DNA of 64,000 bases from a virus (Duplodnaviria > Heunggongvirae > Uroviricota > Caudoviricetes), in the IMG/VR virus record IMGVR_UViG_3300013307_000015. The stretch is one strand, 5' to 3'. Below are positions 18,522-29,083 of this stretch, one piece after another. The first letter of the stretch is position 1; every line of letters starts with the position of its first letter. The notes under the pieces were generated by a model. It made no database searches. It was given only the letters and a program-made list of their open reading frames with translations, and was not told the DNA's origin. Made by a program: the position numbers and the translations under genes.

Positions 18522-20621
18522 ATGTATGCTACCTCTCTGCCATTCGATCCGACCCGGCCTACCCAGCCGGTGATGCAGATCGACATTTATCGGCCACCCT
18601 TCGTACCGGATTATCAGTGCGAAGAATGGCTGATGCCGCATCGCCCGTACATCGCAGGCGTGTTGATGGCTGAGATTCAAGGTGGTGCACTGCGTCAGCC
18701 GCCTGCACCGCTGCGGATCTTTGCCTTCAACCTGTTTGCCGTGAACGGTTGGCGTAATGAAGAATTCGCCGGCATGTTTGGTAAGGCGTGTGACTATATC
18801 GCATTCACCATGACGGTGGAGCGCGGTAAATTCATGCGCGTGGAAGAAGCTGTACCGAACCTCATGCCGACGTACGTCACGCTGGTCGTCGCAGAAAACG
18901 CTCAGATTTTCCAAGGGCTTTTCGGCTATCTCGATCAGGAAGCTGCTCAGCATGTGCAAGTGGGGATTGCCAACATGGTGTCCCTGCGTGACAAGCTGGC
19001 ACGTTTTCGATCAAGTAACCCTGTCTGGGGTTATGGGCAACAACAGCAGCAAATGATGCAACGTCCGTACATGCAACCGAACCAGCCGATGATGGATCCG
19101 CGCGAGATGTATCGCCAGTCCATGCAAGGTCAACTCGGCATGGTCGCTGGGGGTGGAGTCGCCACCATTCCTCAGCCGGGTATCGATCCTCGCCTCATGC
19201 CGTCGTCGTATCAATCGACGCCCAGCTCAAGCGAGAACATGTACACGCGGATGCTCGCAGAAGAACGTGAGCAGCAAGGCGTACCTGCGCAACAAGCACA
19301 ACCCTCTGTGACGGACCTTCTTGCTCCGCCCTTCAATCCCAGAACTCCCAAGGAACAACCGACCATGCAAACGCAACCGGATCAACTGACGTCGGGCCAG
19401 ATGCTCGACGATGGCAGCAAACTGTACTCGGAAGAAGACGGCATGCAGTTCTGGCTGCCGTCGGAAGTCCAGCCGTATCGTCCCGTCTATCACCCCTCGA
19501 CGCAATTCCGTCTCGTGCGTGTCATGCCCGACGGCGCGGCGTTCATCGAGGTCCACGACAAGGCTAACATGGAATTCAGCCAACACAACCTGCCCAACGA
19601 ACTGACCAGCACGTTCGGCAAGAAGCGCGATGGCGTGCAGTACGACGTCTCGCGAGCCAGTTCCGCCTTTGCCAAGGGCGCGCAAGAACTGGCTGAACGC
19701 ATGAAGTGGTCAATCCAGTCCACCCAGCTGGGCGACACCGATGAAGGTCGGCAAGCCAAGGAACGCGCCGAAGAACCGATGGCAATCGTCGTCACGCACG
19801 ATGCGTGGTACAACGAAACGTCCGAAGTCATGGCGATGGTCTATACGGGCGTGGCACGCGCCGAGAAGGCCGCAACGATGCAGGAAGCGCCGGACGTGTT
19901 CCGCTGCTTCAGCTACATCTCGGAGCCGGTGATCTGCGACAAGGATCAATCGGATCTACTGCGTCGTTTCTCCGATTCCCGTACGTGGCTGGAACTGGCG
20001 GGCAAGGTCGAAGAAGCCCTGAAGGACGGTGACGTCGGTCTGGTGGAAACGGTTTCGCGTCGTGCGATCATCACGCTCAACCGCGTGCTGGCGCTCTCGC
20101 TGTCGATTCCGCCGGATACGCTGTCGCTGGCCAACGACGGCTTCGACGTGGCGACGATCCAAGAGCTGGAGGACTATCTGGCTCAGAACTACTCGCCGAT
20201 CTTCATCAACGCGTACAAGAAGCAGCAGCGCAACTATATCGACTCGATGTTCCAGACCATCGCGCCGAAGGAAGCCGAAGACGAACTGCGCCGCAACATC
20301 ATCGACCCGGTGAAGTTCCCGGAAGGCAAGGCTCCGTATCTGGCCCTGCTGACCAGCTGCATGTCGTTCACGACGCTCGACATCTACGCGCACGATCTCG
20401 ACCTCGAACTCGACGCCGACACGGGGTCGCTGCTCACCGAAGAGAACTCCGGCGACGTATATCGCGTGATCGCCGAGTTGTTCAACTCGCTGCCCAAGGA
20501 GCACACCTTCAACAAGCATCTGTTCCAGACCAACGACGGCGTCCTGCTGGAAGTGGTCAAGGGCGATCTGGCTGATGGTGCGTACATGCTCTCGCGTGTG
20601 CATCAGATCTGGTTTGGCTAA
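18522..20621 (+). CDS. Conserved large hypothetical protein with Q/P/M-rich disordered middle
   Basis: 699-aa ORF, SD AAGGA, synteny after nvRNAP gene. Confidence 0.75.
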   Translation: MYATSLPFDPTRPTQPVMQIDIYRPPFVPDYQCEEWLMPHRPYIAGVLMAEIQGGALRQPPAPLRIFAFNLFAVNGWRNEEFAGMFGKACDYIAFTMTVERGKFMRVEEAVPNLMPTYVTLVVAENAQIFQGLFGYLDQEAAQHVQVGIANMVSLRDKLARFRSSNPVWGYGQQQQQMMQRPYMQPNQPMMDPREMYRQSMQGQLGMVAGGGVATIPQPGIDPRLMPSSYQSTPSSSENMYTRMLAEEREQQGVPAQQAQPSVTDLLAPPFNPRTPKEQPTMQTQPDQLTSGQMLDDGSKLYSEEDGMQFWLPSEVQPYRPVYHPSTQFRLVRVMPDGAAFIEVHDKANMEFSQHNLPNELTSTFGKKRDGVQYDVSRASSAFAKGAQELAERMKWSIQSTQLGDTDEGRQAKERAEEPMAIVVTHDAWYNETSEVMAMVYTGVARAEKAATMQEAPDVFRCFSYISEPVICDKDQSDLLRRFSDSRTWLELAGKVEEALKDGDVGLVETVSRRAIITLNRVLALSLSIPPDTLSLANDGFDVATIQELEDYLAQNYSPIFINAYKKQQRNYIDSMFQTIAPKEAEDELRRNIIDPVKFPEGKAPYLALLTSCMSFTTLDIYAHDLDLELDADTGSLLTEENSGDVYRVIAELFNSLPKEHTFNKHLFQTNDGVLLEVVKGDLADGAYMLSRVHQIWFG

Positions 20622-20647
20622 AACGGCGTAGTGCCGCAGAAGTGCCT

Positions 20648-20685
20648 TAAAGACAGCTGCCCGAAAGGGTGGCTGTCTTTTTTTT
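20648..20685 (+). terminator. Rho-independent terminator
   Basis: AAAGACAGCTGCCC-GAAA-GGGTGGCTGTCTTTTTTTT. Confidence 0.85.
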
Positions 20686-20760
20686 GCCGTCGAGAGGGTC
20701 ATTCGCTTATTTTTTTGTCTTGGGGAGTGTTGTTATGACGAACCCCCATCAGAGAAAACC

Positions 20761-21087
20761 ATGAATAGCGAAACGAATCTGGACATTTTGACCGAAGCAG
20801 TAAAGACGGCTTTGCAAGGAAGAGAGATTCTTAACGTCACCAAGCAAAGCCTTTCGAGGGGTTATTCGCTATCGAGCAGCGATAGTTCGAAACGCACTTC
20901 CCCATACGGCCGCTATCAAGTCCATATCGTCGCGCAACGTGACAATTTGAAAGCCGTAGCCATGTTCATGGATTACGGCATCAAGGGTACGGGAGCAAGC
21001 AGCACTCGGATCGGCGTGACTTTGGACAATTTCACTGACTTGGCTACTCAGGTCGGTTCATTCCTAACTACAGGAAAGCGAGGATAG
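20761..21087 (+). CDS. Hypothetical protein
   Basis: 108-aa ORF downstream of TATG late-type motif (about 20734). Confidence 0.6.
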   Translation: MNSETNLDILTEAVKTALQGREILNVTKQSLSRGYSLSSSDSSKRTSPYGRYQVHIVAQRDNLKAVAMFMDYGIKGTGASSTRIGVTLDNFTDLATQVGSFLTTGKRG

Positions 21088-21089
21088 CG

Positions 21090-21557
21090 ATGGAACTCGT
21101 TGCAAATAACAATCAGAAGGCCAGTGAAGTCAGTTATATCGAGGATGTGAATGAAGTTGCCGGGGTAAGCATCTACCACCTCGTAAAGCGCATCTACCAA
21201 CGGTGCGTACAGAAGGGATTCGAAATCAAGGCGCAACAAATCGACGCGATCGATTCACCGGTTTCGGGCAAGTGGTGCTACACGCTCATTGGGCTACGGC
21301 ACGAACGACTTCCCAACACGGTCACGCGCAGCGTCATGATTTCCGAGAACGCGGAGCAGGAAACCATCGTCTTGCATTATCAGAACACGGATGCAGGCGA
21401 AGGACCTCAAATGCAGCAAATGCAGTACTACGATGTTAGTCAAGCGGTCAATGACATTGGCTTCTTTCTGCTGAAAGGACGACGGCGGAACATCGAAGAA
21501 CAGCTGGCCAGTCAGCTGATTCACGATCAAGCCCAATGGGAAGACCAGTCGCAGTGA
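21090..21557 (+). CDS. Hypothetical protein
   Basis: 155-aa ORF coupled to previous gene, SD GAGGA. Confidence 0.65.
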   Translation: MELVANNNQKASEVSYIEDVNEVAGVSIYHLVKRIYQRCVQKGFEIKAQQIDAIDSPVSGKWCYTLIGLRHERLPNTVTRSVMISENAEQETIVLHYQNTDAGEGPQMQQMQYYDVSQAVNDIGFFLLKGRRRNIEEQLASQLIHDQAQWEDQSQ

Positions 21558-21558
21558 C

Positions 21559-21610
21559 GGCATAAAGGGGAGGCCGAAGCCTCCCCGAAAATATGCCCTC
21601 TCTTTTTTTG
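21559..21610. terminator. Bidirectional GGCATA-hairpin-TATGCC element
   Basis: GGCATAAA-GGGGAGGC-CGAA-GCCTCCCC-GAAAATATGCC between convergent genes. Confidence 0.8.
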
Positions 21611-21618
21611 CCTGTCGA

Positions 21619-24600
21619 TCAGGTGTTTTCACCACCGGCCGGAGGATTGCCTTCTTCCCCTTCCGGTTTGTTTCCACCTTCACCACCAGCGCCCGGCTCT
21701 TCTTCAGGCGGATTACCACCTTCGCCTTCACCACCTTCGCCAGGACCACCCAGACCCGGTTCTTCACCAAATCCAGTGCCTTCACCACCCGGCGTCTCTT
21801 CGCCCGTACCGCCTTCACCACCAAAGCCTCCGCCACCCGTACCACCTGCGCCAGTCGCATCGAGTGCTGCATCCGATGCATTCTTGATACGAGTAAGCTT
21901 GATGACGTTTTCGGTGAACGACTTAACCAAGCCTTCAAGGTGAGACTTCTGAGCCTCGAAGAGGTTAAGTGCAGGCACGCCGCTCTCGTCTTGCGTCGTG
22001 AGTTCGGACAGCTCCGTGAAGATGCCGTTTTCTGCCATGAACTTGCGCAGGAAGTACGCCACCACCGACTTCTTGAGCGCATCGACTTCGGTACTGATGT
22101 TGCCCACGAGGTCTTGCGTGAAGAATTCCGACGCGATCCACGCATCGATTGCCAGTTCCAGCCCTTCCTTGTACTTCTGGTAGGCGGTCATCTGGTTTTC
22201 GAGCGTAACCATGTTCGGCTTGGGCAGCGAGGCCCACAACGTCGAGATGAACTGGATCAGGAGCTGTTCCACCACGAAACGCTGCTTGTGGCCTTCGACG
22301 CTTTCGGGTTGCGACTTCTGCGCTTCCTTCTGCGCAGTTTCGTTCTTCTTTTCTTCCGGTGTCGTCACACCGTACGGAACGTTGCCAGCAGCCGGAGGCG
22401 TTTCCGTCGAGGGAGTAGCTTCAGGCGTAGCTTCCGTACCTGCGTTCTTGTTCTGAACAGCCTTCTTGGCGGCGGTCATGAACTCGTCATGGTCGTCCTC
22501 GTTGGCCTGATCCTGAACAGCCAGCTTGGCCTTCTCCTCGTTCTGGACCGTATCGCGCTTGTCCTGACGCAGATGTTCGTAGTTGTCATTGAGAATCTGA
22601 CGCAGATCATCCATCAGGTACTGGGACGCCCTCGCGTACTTGCGTGTGTGGTCCGCAAGCAGCTTCTCGAAGTTGTCCTGATGCACCATCACCCGCTTAG
22701 TCAGCAGCAGGTTGTTTTGCACCAGCGAGGTTGCAAACTCAGCATGGAACGCTGCGTCGATGTTATCGGGCGAGAGACCCGTGAACATGATCGCTTTCTT
22801 GTCCAAGGCATCGGTGAGTCCGGTATCGGGCTGTGTGTACTCCGATTTCTTCTCGGAGAACTCGATGTCCAGTGCCGGCACACCGGGGTGGTTCTTGAAG
22901 GTGAATTCAAGGCCCGAGCGTTGCAGCCAGTCGACCAGATCCGTCGGCGAGTTCATTCCCAGCGGGAAGTACTGCTGACGGCTACGCACGATTTCATGTG
23001 CAGCAATTTCGATCGTCTTCTTCGGGTCCGGATCTTCCGGATCGAGGTTCAGATCAACCTTGGTGCGGCCAATCGAATTACGCACACCTGCCATCGTCTG
23101 CGCGAACATGAGCATGGCACGCATCGAGTTGAGCACCTTCATCTCGTCGAGCAGGGATTCCCCCACGCCGTCCGGGCTGAAGTTGAACGCGAAGTACGTC
23201 ATCAACTCGATCGGGATAAAGAGCAGCTGCGTGTACTGCTTGGCGAGCGTACGCGAGAGCATGATGCGGTAGATCTCGTCACGCCGTGCCAGCGCCACAC
23301 CGTTGCCATACCAGCCATTGCGCAGTCGAGCCAGGAGATCTGCTTCCACGATCTCCTGATAGTAGCGCACCGAATAGTCGGTCATGTGGGCGTTCATCGA
23401 CGGGAAGCCCGACATCATCGACTTGACCTTGTTGAGCATGGCCGACGGGAACGAACCGTTGCTGTTCAGGCGTGCGGTCAGTTCTTGGTAGTAGTCGTTC
23501 TTACTCGTCCGGCTCACCGGGTTGCCGTCTTGGTCGATCAGCACGAAGAAACCGATCTGCTCTTTCGGGTTACCGGGAATGAACACCGGGATTACCGACT
23601 CCGAAGGCAGATGCAGCACCAACGGATTGCCGATCGTACGCCGCGTAAGTTGCTCTTGCGTGCGCAGTGCAGTGATGGCGTTGTGGCCGTACTGCTTGTT
23701 CTTGTAGACGAGCGAAGTCAACTCACGATCGGTGAGTCGCTTCATGCCCTCTTTCTCCATCGCAGTCGACATCGCGCTTTCGAGCGACATGAGTCGGTCT
23801 TCGACGCCGAGCATCGATTTTACGCGAGTTTCACGAACTTTTTGATTCAGCTGCGGGATCTTAAGAACGTTGAAATTGTCGGTGACATGCAAGTAGGTAT
23901 CCGGATGCGGCTTTTCCATGATCCCTTCGAACGTCACCCGGCCGTCGGTGGTCTCTGGCACATGCGTATTAAACGCTTCCAGTGCCATACCAGGACCTTT
24001 GCGCTCATGCGTCGGTCCAGTTTTCACCGACGGACCCAACACACCCAGATTGCGCACCATGCCGGTAGCCGGATCGATGTGGTCCGAGAGAGCTTCCATC
24101 GACATGTGACGCGGTGAATTGATCACATCGTCGATGGAGTTTTCCGGGATCACAGCGATCGGATAGCTGCCCGTTCGGCCGAGAATGTCCGTCAAAATCT
24201 CGGAAAGCTTCGACTGAATGTTATAGTCTTGCTCAAAATGCTGCCGAACGCGTGCAAGCATCGCTGCCTGAACATGGGGCGGCATGAGGCCCTCTGCCGC
24301 TGTCCACGTCAATTCTGTCGTGGTCAGATCCTTCGGAGACAGAATCGAGCTGACCAGAATTTCGATGGCCAGCTTCATGTCCGGCAGGGTTTGCATCACG
24401 GTCTCGGCGTCGCCGATGTTTTGAGCCGTGTGCTGGGAAACGTTTTTGAATGCGTTGATCTGCGGAGTCGTCGGTGCCCGTTCGCCGTGGTTGTTGTAAT
24501 TCGGAGGAAGCGTTGGACTCACCATCTTGCTGATGGTAGCTGCCAACTCCGGATCGGCTTTAACCATGGACAACGCAGGAACCTTACGGCCCGAGTTCGC

Positions 24601-24633
24601 GAGTGCAATCGTTTTCTTGATCGCGTCTTTCAT
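21619..24633 (-). CDS. Probable portal protein (phiKZ gp129-like)
   Basis: ILVSSILSPKDL, IPENSIDDVIN, PSESVIPVFIPGNP..IGFFVLID motifs; SME/ALE/SLE processing sites; acidic G/E/P tail; divergent from gp128-like gene. Confidence 0.75.
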   Translation of the reverse strand: MKDAIKKTIALANSGRKVPALSMVKADPELAATISKMVSPTLPPNYNNHGERAPTTPQINAFKNVSQHTAQNIGDAETVMQTLPDMKLAIEILVSSILSPKDLTTTELTWTAAEGLMPPHVQAAMLARVRQHFEQDYNIQSKLSEILTDILGRTGSYPIAVIPENSIDDVINSPRHMSMEALSDHIDPATGMVRNLGVLGPSVKTGPTHERKGPGMALEAFNTHVPETTDGRVTFEGIMEKPHPDTYLHVTDNFNVLKIPQLNQKVRETRVKSMLGVEDRLMSLESAMSTAMEKEGMKRLTDRELTSLVYKNKQYGHNAITALRTQEQLTRRTIGNPLVLHLPSESVIPVFIPGNPKEQIGFFVLIDQDGNPVSRTSKNDYYQELTARLNSNGSFPSAMLNKVKSMMSGFPSMNAHMTDYSVRYYQEIVEADLLARLRNGWYGNGVALARRDEIYRIMLSRTLAKQYTQLLFIPIELMTYFAFNFSPDGVGESLLDEMKVLNSMRAMLMFAQTMAGVRNSIGRTKVDLNLDPEDPDPKKTIEIAAHEIVRSRQQYFPLGMNSPTDLVDWLQRSGLEFTFKNHPGVPALDIEFSEKKSEYTQPDTGLTDALDKKAIMFTGLSPDNIDAAFHAEFATSLVQNNLLLTKRVMVHQDNFEKLLADHTRKYARASQYLMDDLRQILNDNYEHLRQDKRDTVQNEEKAKLAVQDQANEDDHDEFMTAAKKAVQNKNAGTEATPEATPSTETPPAAGNVPYGVTTPEEKKNETAQKEAQKSQPESVEGHKQRFVVEQLLIQFISTLWASLPKPNMVTLENQMTAYQKYKEGLELAIDAWIASEFFTQDLVGNISTEVDALKKSVVAYFLRKFMAENGIFTELSELTTQDESGVPALNLFEAQKSHLEGLVKSFTENVIKLTRIKNASDAALDATGAGGTGGGGFGGEGGTGEETPGGEGTGFGEEPGLGGPGEGGEGEGGNPPEEEPGAGGEGGNKPEGEEGNPPAGGENT

Positions 24634-24664
24634 TTAAACCTCGTCAGCTTAAGAGGCAGTCGTT

Positions 24665-27055
24665 ATGGCTTCAACCAACTTCTACGACCTGTATATTCAA
24701 TCTGTGGTGCAGCTGGCTGAGACTATCGTCATCAAATCAGCTGACACGGCGGATGGACTCAACCAATATGTCATCGAACAGAAGGGCGGGAGTGTGAACA
24801 CGCTCGACCCGACTACGTGGAAGTACTACCTGAACATCACGGGTGAGTACCATTCCACGGACACGATGATGACCGTGACCTCAATGGATACCTTGGAGCA
24901 AATTAATTTCACCAAGGAAAACCTGAAAACTCATTTGGCCACGGCAAAGGGCTATCAGTACGGCACGCGCAGCTACCAAGAACTGGTGGCTCGCTATCCG
25001 GATCAAGAGCTGCTGATTCTCGGCGTTCTTTATCCGGCCGACATGACCATGGCGGTTGAATCACCCGATGGGACGATTCTTGCCTACCCGCCCAATCTCG
25101 TTGAGGCAAACGAGTACTCCCTGATCGACAAGCTCCAAAACTGGATCTATTCGTACAAGGGTCGCTGGATCAATGTGCAGTACAGTATTTCTGATCCGCT
25201 GTACTCGTTTGTCCACCACGGGATCATGTACCTGATGCTGTTGTTGCAGATTCTGGGCTATCGCTTGGAAGCCTGCAAAACCAACGAAGCGCATTCGTAC
25301 CATGTACGGATGTATCTCGCTTCGCATCAAGGACTCGATCAGTACCTCGATTTCATGACGACGAAACAGGCACTCTGGTTCTACCGGAATATCTGTTACA
25401 TCGAGCGCAACACAGGGCAGCGCCAGATTTTCGATTTGCTCCTTGAGCATATCATGACCGAGCGCAATTTGCCGCTGGCTGAATACCTGATGAAGCATGA
25501 CATCAGTAAGATGCCGGACGACATGGACCCGACCGTGACGTTTGTTCGCACGCCGCTTAACATCGGCAATGTGGACTCCAACAACGTCGTCGATCTGGAC
25601 CAGATGCTGACGAAGGAACAAGGCATCGCACGGGACAACGCAGCGTACCAAGGCGATTACGAGCCGCTGATTCTGGAGAAGATGCGGAACTCCAAGTCCA
25701 GCACCCTGATGTCGAAAGCATTGTCGTCGGAGATGGTGGACTATTCGAATAGCTCCCCGTACACGCTCTCGGACATTCTGCTCAACCATTGGCTGTGGTT
25801 GGCCAGTAAAGGCTCGTACAGCGCGTTCGTTAGCGCCACCAATCCGCAAACGGGAGAAGCTATTCCCATTTCGGTCAAGGACGCCTGGACGCTCATGTGG
25901 TATTGCTGGATGGGCTCGAATGGGATCGATCTGTCCAAGTCGGTGATTCCGGCGATGTTTGCGCAGCGCGTGCAACGCATCCCGACTCCGACGACCACGG
26001 ATCTGCTGAGCGTAGTCGATCCGAAACTCGTGGATGTGACGATCGCACAGAAAGCGCTTTCCATGCAGCCTTCGATTGTGCCGATCCTCTCAACCGAAGC
26101 GTTTTATGAGACGTGCGTACAGATCACCGCAGCTGCAAACATGCAGCTTAATCTGGTTGCTTTCATGGAGCACAAGGATCGTCGTGCTTATGTGGAAGGC
26201 ATGGTCGAGCGGATCTATTCGGATAACGTCGTCTACACGGCTCCTCCGGATCAGACCTACGCAAGCTGGTTCTCAGAGCGTAACCTGAACCTATCGACCT
26301 TCAGCAACGACCAGCTGAATCTACTCTATCTGGACCTCGTGAAGAAAGCCACCGGTCTGGATCTCATCAATTCGCAAAGCTTGGCTGCACTGCAAGCAGC
26401 AATGGTGAGCATGTTCAAGCGGTTGTCGAGCTATTCGGTGCAGTTCCTCGCCAAGATCAACTCCAGTCCGATCCGTATGGTCAACTGGCCGATCGTTCGT
26501 GTGGGGGACGTGAAGGGTAGTGGCTCAGCTGAGTACTACATGCCCGACAACACCGTTGACGTGATGGATGAAACAGTCGAAGGCTCAGCCCTTTGGGAAG
26601 TGGATATCAATCACCCGCAACCGCGAGAGAACTACCTATTCAAGATGCATGTGACAGAGCAGATTGAATTGACTGCAAAACCGCATCTGGGTCAAAACGC
26701 GGTGCAATACAACTACAACGTGAAGTCCGTAGTTGGCGTAAAGCTCTCGACCCCGCTGCAACCCAACGACGTCGGTGTCATTCCGGTCGTAGGGACAGAC
26801 GCATGGCTTGCCTTGCCGCCTGAAGAGCGCTATCAGTTTGCTGATGTGTGGCGTAATAACAATTACTACTACACTCCGCCGCCTGAAGAACCGCTCGATG
26901 TGGCTATCTTCCGTCAGACCTTGAATGGCTTGACGTGGATTGATCGCACGCCTCCCCGGTTTGCGACGACAACCGATCTCGATGGCTTAGCCGCCTACGA
27001 TGCCCGGATGTTGACGTTGTCTGATTTGGATGGTTTCAAAGAACTAAATCAGTGA
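24665..27055 (+). CDS. Virion structural protein (phiKZ gp128-like)
   Basis: P.TWKYYLN..GEYH, ARYPDQELLILG, CKTNEAHSYH motifs recalled from jumbo-phage structural proteins. Confidence 0.75.
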   Translation: MASTNFYDLYIQSVVQLAETIVIKSADTADGLNQYVIEQKGGSVNTLDPTTWKYYLNITGEYHSTDTMMTVTSMDTLEQINFTKENLKTHLATAKGYQYGTRSYQELVARYPDQELLILGVLYPADMTMAVESPDGTILAYPPNLVEANEYSLIDKLQNWIYSYKGRWINVQYSISDPLYSFVHHGIMYLMLLLQILGYRLEACKTNEAHSYHVRMYLASHQGLDQYLDFMTTKQALWFYRNICYIERNTGQRQIFDLLLEHIMTERNLPLAEYLMKHDISKMPDDMDPTVTFVRTPLNIGNVDSNNVVDLDQMLTKEQGIARDNAAYQGDYEPLILEKMRNSKSSTLMSKALSSEMVDYSNSSPYTLSDILLNHWLWLASKGSYSAFVSATNPQTGEAIPISVKDAWTLMWYCWMGSNGIDLSKSVIPAMFAQRVQRIPTPTTTDLLSVVDPKLVDVTIAQKALSMQPSIVPILSTEAFYETCVQITAAANMQLNLVAFMEHKDRRAYVEGMVERIYSDNVVYTAPPDQTYASWFSERNLNLSTFSNDQLNLLYLDLVKKATGLDLINSQSLAALQAAMVSMFKRLSSYSVQFLAKINSSPIRMVNWPIVRVGDVKGSGSAEYYMPDNTVDVMDETVEGSALWEVDINHPQPRENYLFKMHVTEQIELTAKPHLGQNAVQYNYNVKSVVGVKLSTPLQPNDVGVIPVVGTDAWLALPPEERYQFADVWRNNNYYYTPPPEEPLDVAIFRQTLNGLTWIDRTPPRFATTTDLDGLAAYDARMLTLSDLDGFKELNQ

Positions 27056-27124
27056 ACGTCGTGTTTGATATGAAAACCCCAATTTTAAATTGGATTGTCT
27101 GGAAATAAACAACAGGATCTTTCC

Positions 27125-27988
27125 ATGGAACAAATGACGCGTACAGTCTACTCTGCTGCATTGCAGACTGCGCTGTACATGAACCTGCCGGTGCCGATCA
27201 AGCCGAACTCGACGCTCAACGAGCGTTTCTCGGTTCAGCAAGGGCAGCTGCCGACCATCGACAATCCGCCACGCGCTCGCTACTACTCGCTCGGAAACGG
27301 TGGTCACACCTTCACGGTTGGTGCGGACATGATTCCGAAGCCCGAACCGATTCAGCACCGTGCAACGGACGCTGCGGCCTTCAAGCCGATTCCGTTTGTG
27401 CTGCGTCTGCCGACCAACGATCTGTCGCCGACCGATCGTGCCAAGTACGCACTGCGCCGTGCTGAAGTCTGGCAAGGGCAGACGTACTTCGCGTACTACC
27501 TGAAGCGCATCGACTTCACGGGCGTGACGGTGGACATGCAGTACAAGACGGTCGACAGCCAAGGCAACGTGACGACCACCGAGTTCGTGCCGGATTCGTC
27601 GAACCTGAACCCGACGCCGCCGGCGCTGTCCTCCACCGGGGTGAACCTCACCACGGGCGACTACGTCTCGGCCGATGCACGGGTCGACTTGTCGCTCTCG
27701 GCAGCGGACTGTCAGGAGCTGCTCAACGTGGCGCAAGTGATCTGGGGTGATCCGCGTTACGCAATCGTCTCGGAAATCCTACTCTGTTCGGGCGTGGACC
27801 AAGCCGTGCAAGCTTCGACGGGTATCGGCAATGGCTCGTTCTCCTTCATGGAGGCGATCGCTTCGCAAGTCATGACGTTCGTCTCGGGTTTCATCCCGGT
27901 CTCGTTCATGAACAACGGTGCCGACATCAACCTCGACGTCGGCGCGACCGAGCCGCTGCTCAACCTGAACGGTCAGAACACCGTCTAA
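27125..27988 (+). CDS. Virion structural protein (phiKZ gp139-like)
   Basis: NSTLNE, YYSLGNGGH, IPFVLR..NDL, AYYLKRID; SD AGGA before ATG 27125. Confidence 0.75.
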   Translation: MEQMTRTVYSAALQTALYMNLPVPIKPNSTLNERFSVQQGQLPTIDNPPRARYYSLGNGGHTFTVGADMIPKPEPIQHRATDAAAFKPIPFVLRLPTNDLSPTDRAKYALRRAEVWQGQTYFAYYLKRIDFTGVTVDMQYKTVDSQGNVTTTEFVPDSSNLNPTPPALSSTGVNLTTGDYVSADARVDLSLSAADCQELLNVAQVIWGDPRYAIVSEILLCSGVDQAVQASTGIGNGSFSFMEAIASQVMTFVSGFIPVSFMNNGADINLDVGATEPLLNLNGQNTV

Positions 27989-27998
27989 GGAGGCGAGC

Positions 27999-28607
27999 AT
28001 GTTGACGATGCCGGCTGATACCAGCCCGTACGCGTCAATTCTCGCTATCGACCCTGGTACGGAAACCCTCGGAATTGCGTGTATTGAATTCGACTGCGTG
28101 TCGGGTGAGATCCACGGTTCCGAGGCTAAGACGTTCAAGGGCTCGAAGATGGCAAAAGGCAGTTGGGTAGCTGAGGTGCATGGGGATCGGTTTAGCCGCA
28201 TCAACGCGCATCGTCAAAACCTTGCACGCATTTTGAATGCCGTGCAACCTGCCTTCATTGCCTCCGAATCTCCGTTCTTTTCTCGTGCGCACCCGCAGGC
28301 GTATGGAGCATTGACGGAAATCGTCTATGCGTTGCAATTGACAATTTTCGAGTACGACCCTTTACTGGAAGTGGAGTTCATTGATCCGCCTTCAGTGAAA
28401 AACGCTGTGGGAGCAAAAGGTAACGCCGATAAAGACACAGTCCGTGCACACGTGCTGGACATTCAAGAACTGAAGTACGCAGGACGCATTGCAATCGATC
28501 AGTTGGACGAACATTCGATTGACGCTTTGGCGGTTGCTTACGCCATGTTGCAACGAGTCCGCACGCGCTACTATTGGTTTAAGAACGGCAAGTTAAAACC
28601 AATCTGA
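27999..28607 (+). CDS. ruvC: RuvC-like Holliday junction resolvase
   Basis: ILAIDPGTETLG, IASESPF, P.SVKNAVG.KG.ADK, EHSIDALAVA. Confidence 0.88.
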   Translation: MLTMPADTSPYASILAIDPGTETLGIACIEFDCVSGEIHGSEAKTFKGSKMAKGSWVAEVHGDRFSRINAHRQNLARILNAVQPAFIASESPFFSRAHPQAYGALTEIVYALQLTIFEYDPLLEVEFIDPPSVKNAVGAKGNADKDTVRAHVLDIQELKYAGRIAIDQLDEHSIDALAVAYAMLQRVRTRYYWFKNGKLKPI

Positions 28608-28621
28608 AAGCGAGAAAGACC

Positions 28622-29068
28622 ATGCCAACCATCCCGAATCTGAAATTGATCGTGGCCGGTATTTTGGTTGCCATAGCTGCGATTGCAGCCGGGGTGATCT
28701 GGTATCAGCATCGAGAAGTCGGTAGCCTTAACAAGCAAAACGGGGCCGACAAGGTTGTGATTGCTGACCAGCAACAAGCTGCTTCGGAAGCACACACGAC
28801 CATCAACAACCAGCAGCAATCCGCGCAAGTAACCGACGCCGGTAACGTTGCGATCCAGCAAGCGCCGGTCAAGAACGAGCAGCAGCAAGCCACTGTTCAA
28901 CAACAGACCGACACCACCATCTCGACCATCAAGCAGCAGTACAACACGCTGCCCAAGACGGATCAGAACGCGGTGGCGGAAGATCAAGCGATCGCTCAAG
29001 CACAGATCGACGGTCTGTGGAAGACCTACTGCAACGTGGAGCCGCAAGCGGCACAGTGCAGCCAATAA
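28622..29068 (+). CDS. Inner-membrane spanin (Rz-like)
   Basis: Single N-terminal TM helix, Q-rich coiled coil, C-terminal Cys pair; followed by a lipoprotein gene. Confidence 0.7.
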   Translation: MPTIPNLKLIVAGILVAIAAIAAGVIWYQHREVGSLNKQNGADKVVIADQQQAASEAHTTINNQQQSAQVTDAGNVAIQQAPVKNEQQQATVQQQTDTTISTIKQQYNTLPKTDQNAVAEDQAIAQAQIDGLWKTYCNVEPQAAQCSQ

Positions 29069-29083
29069 GAAACGAGGTAGACC

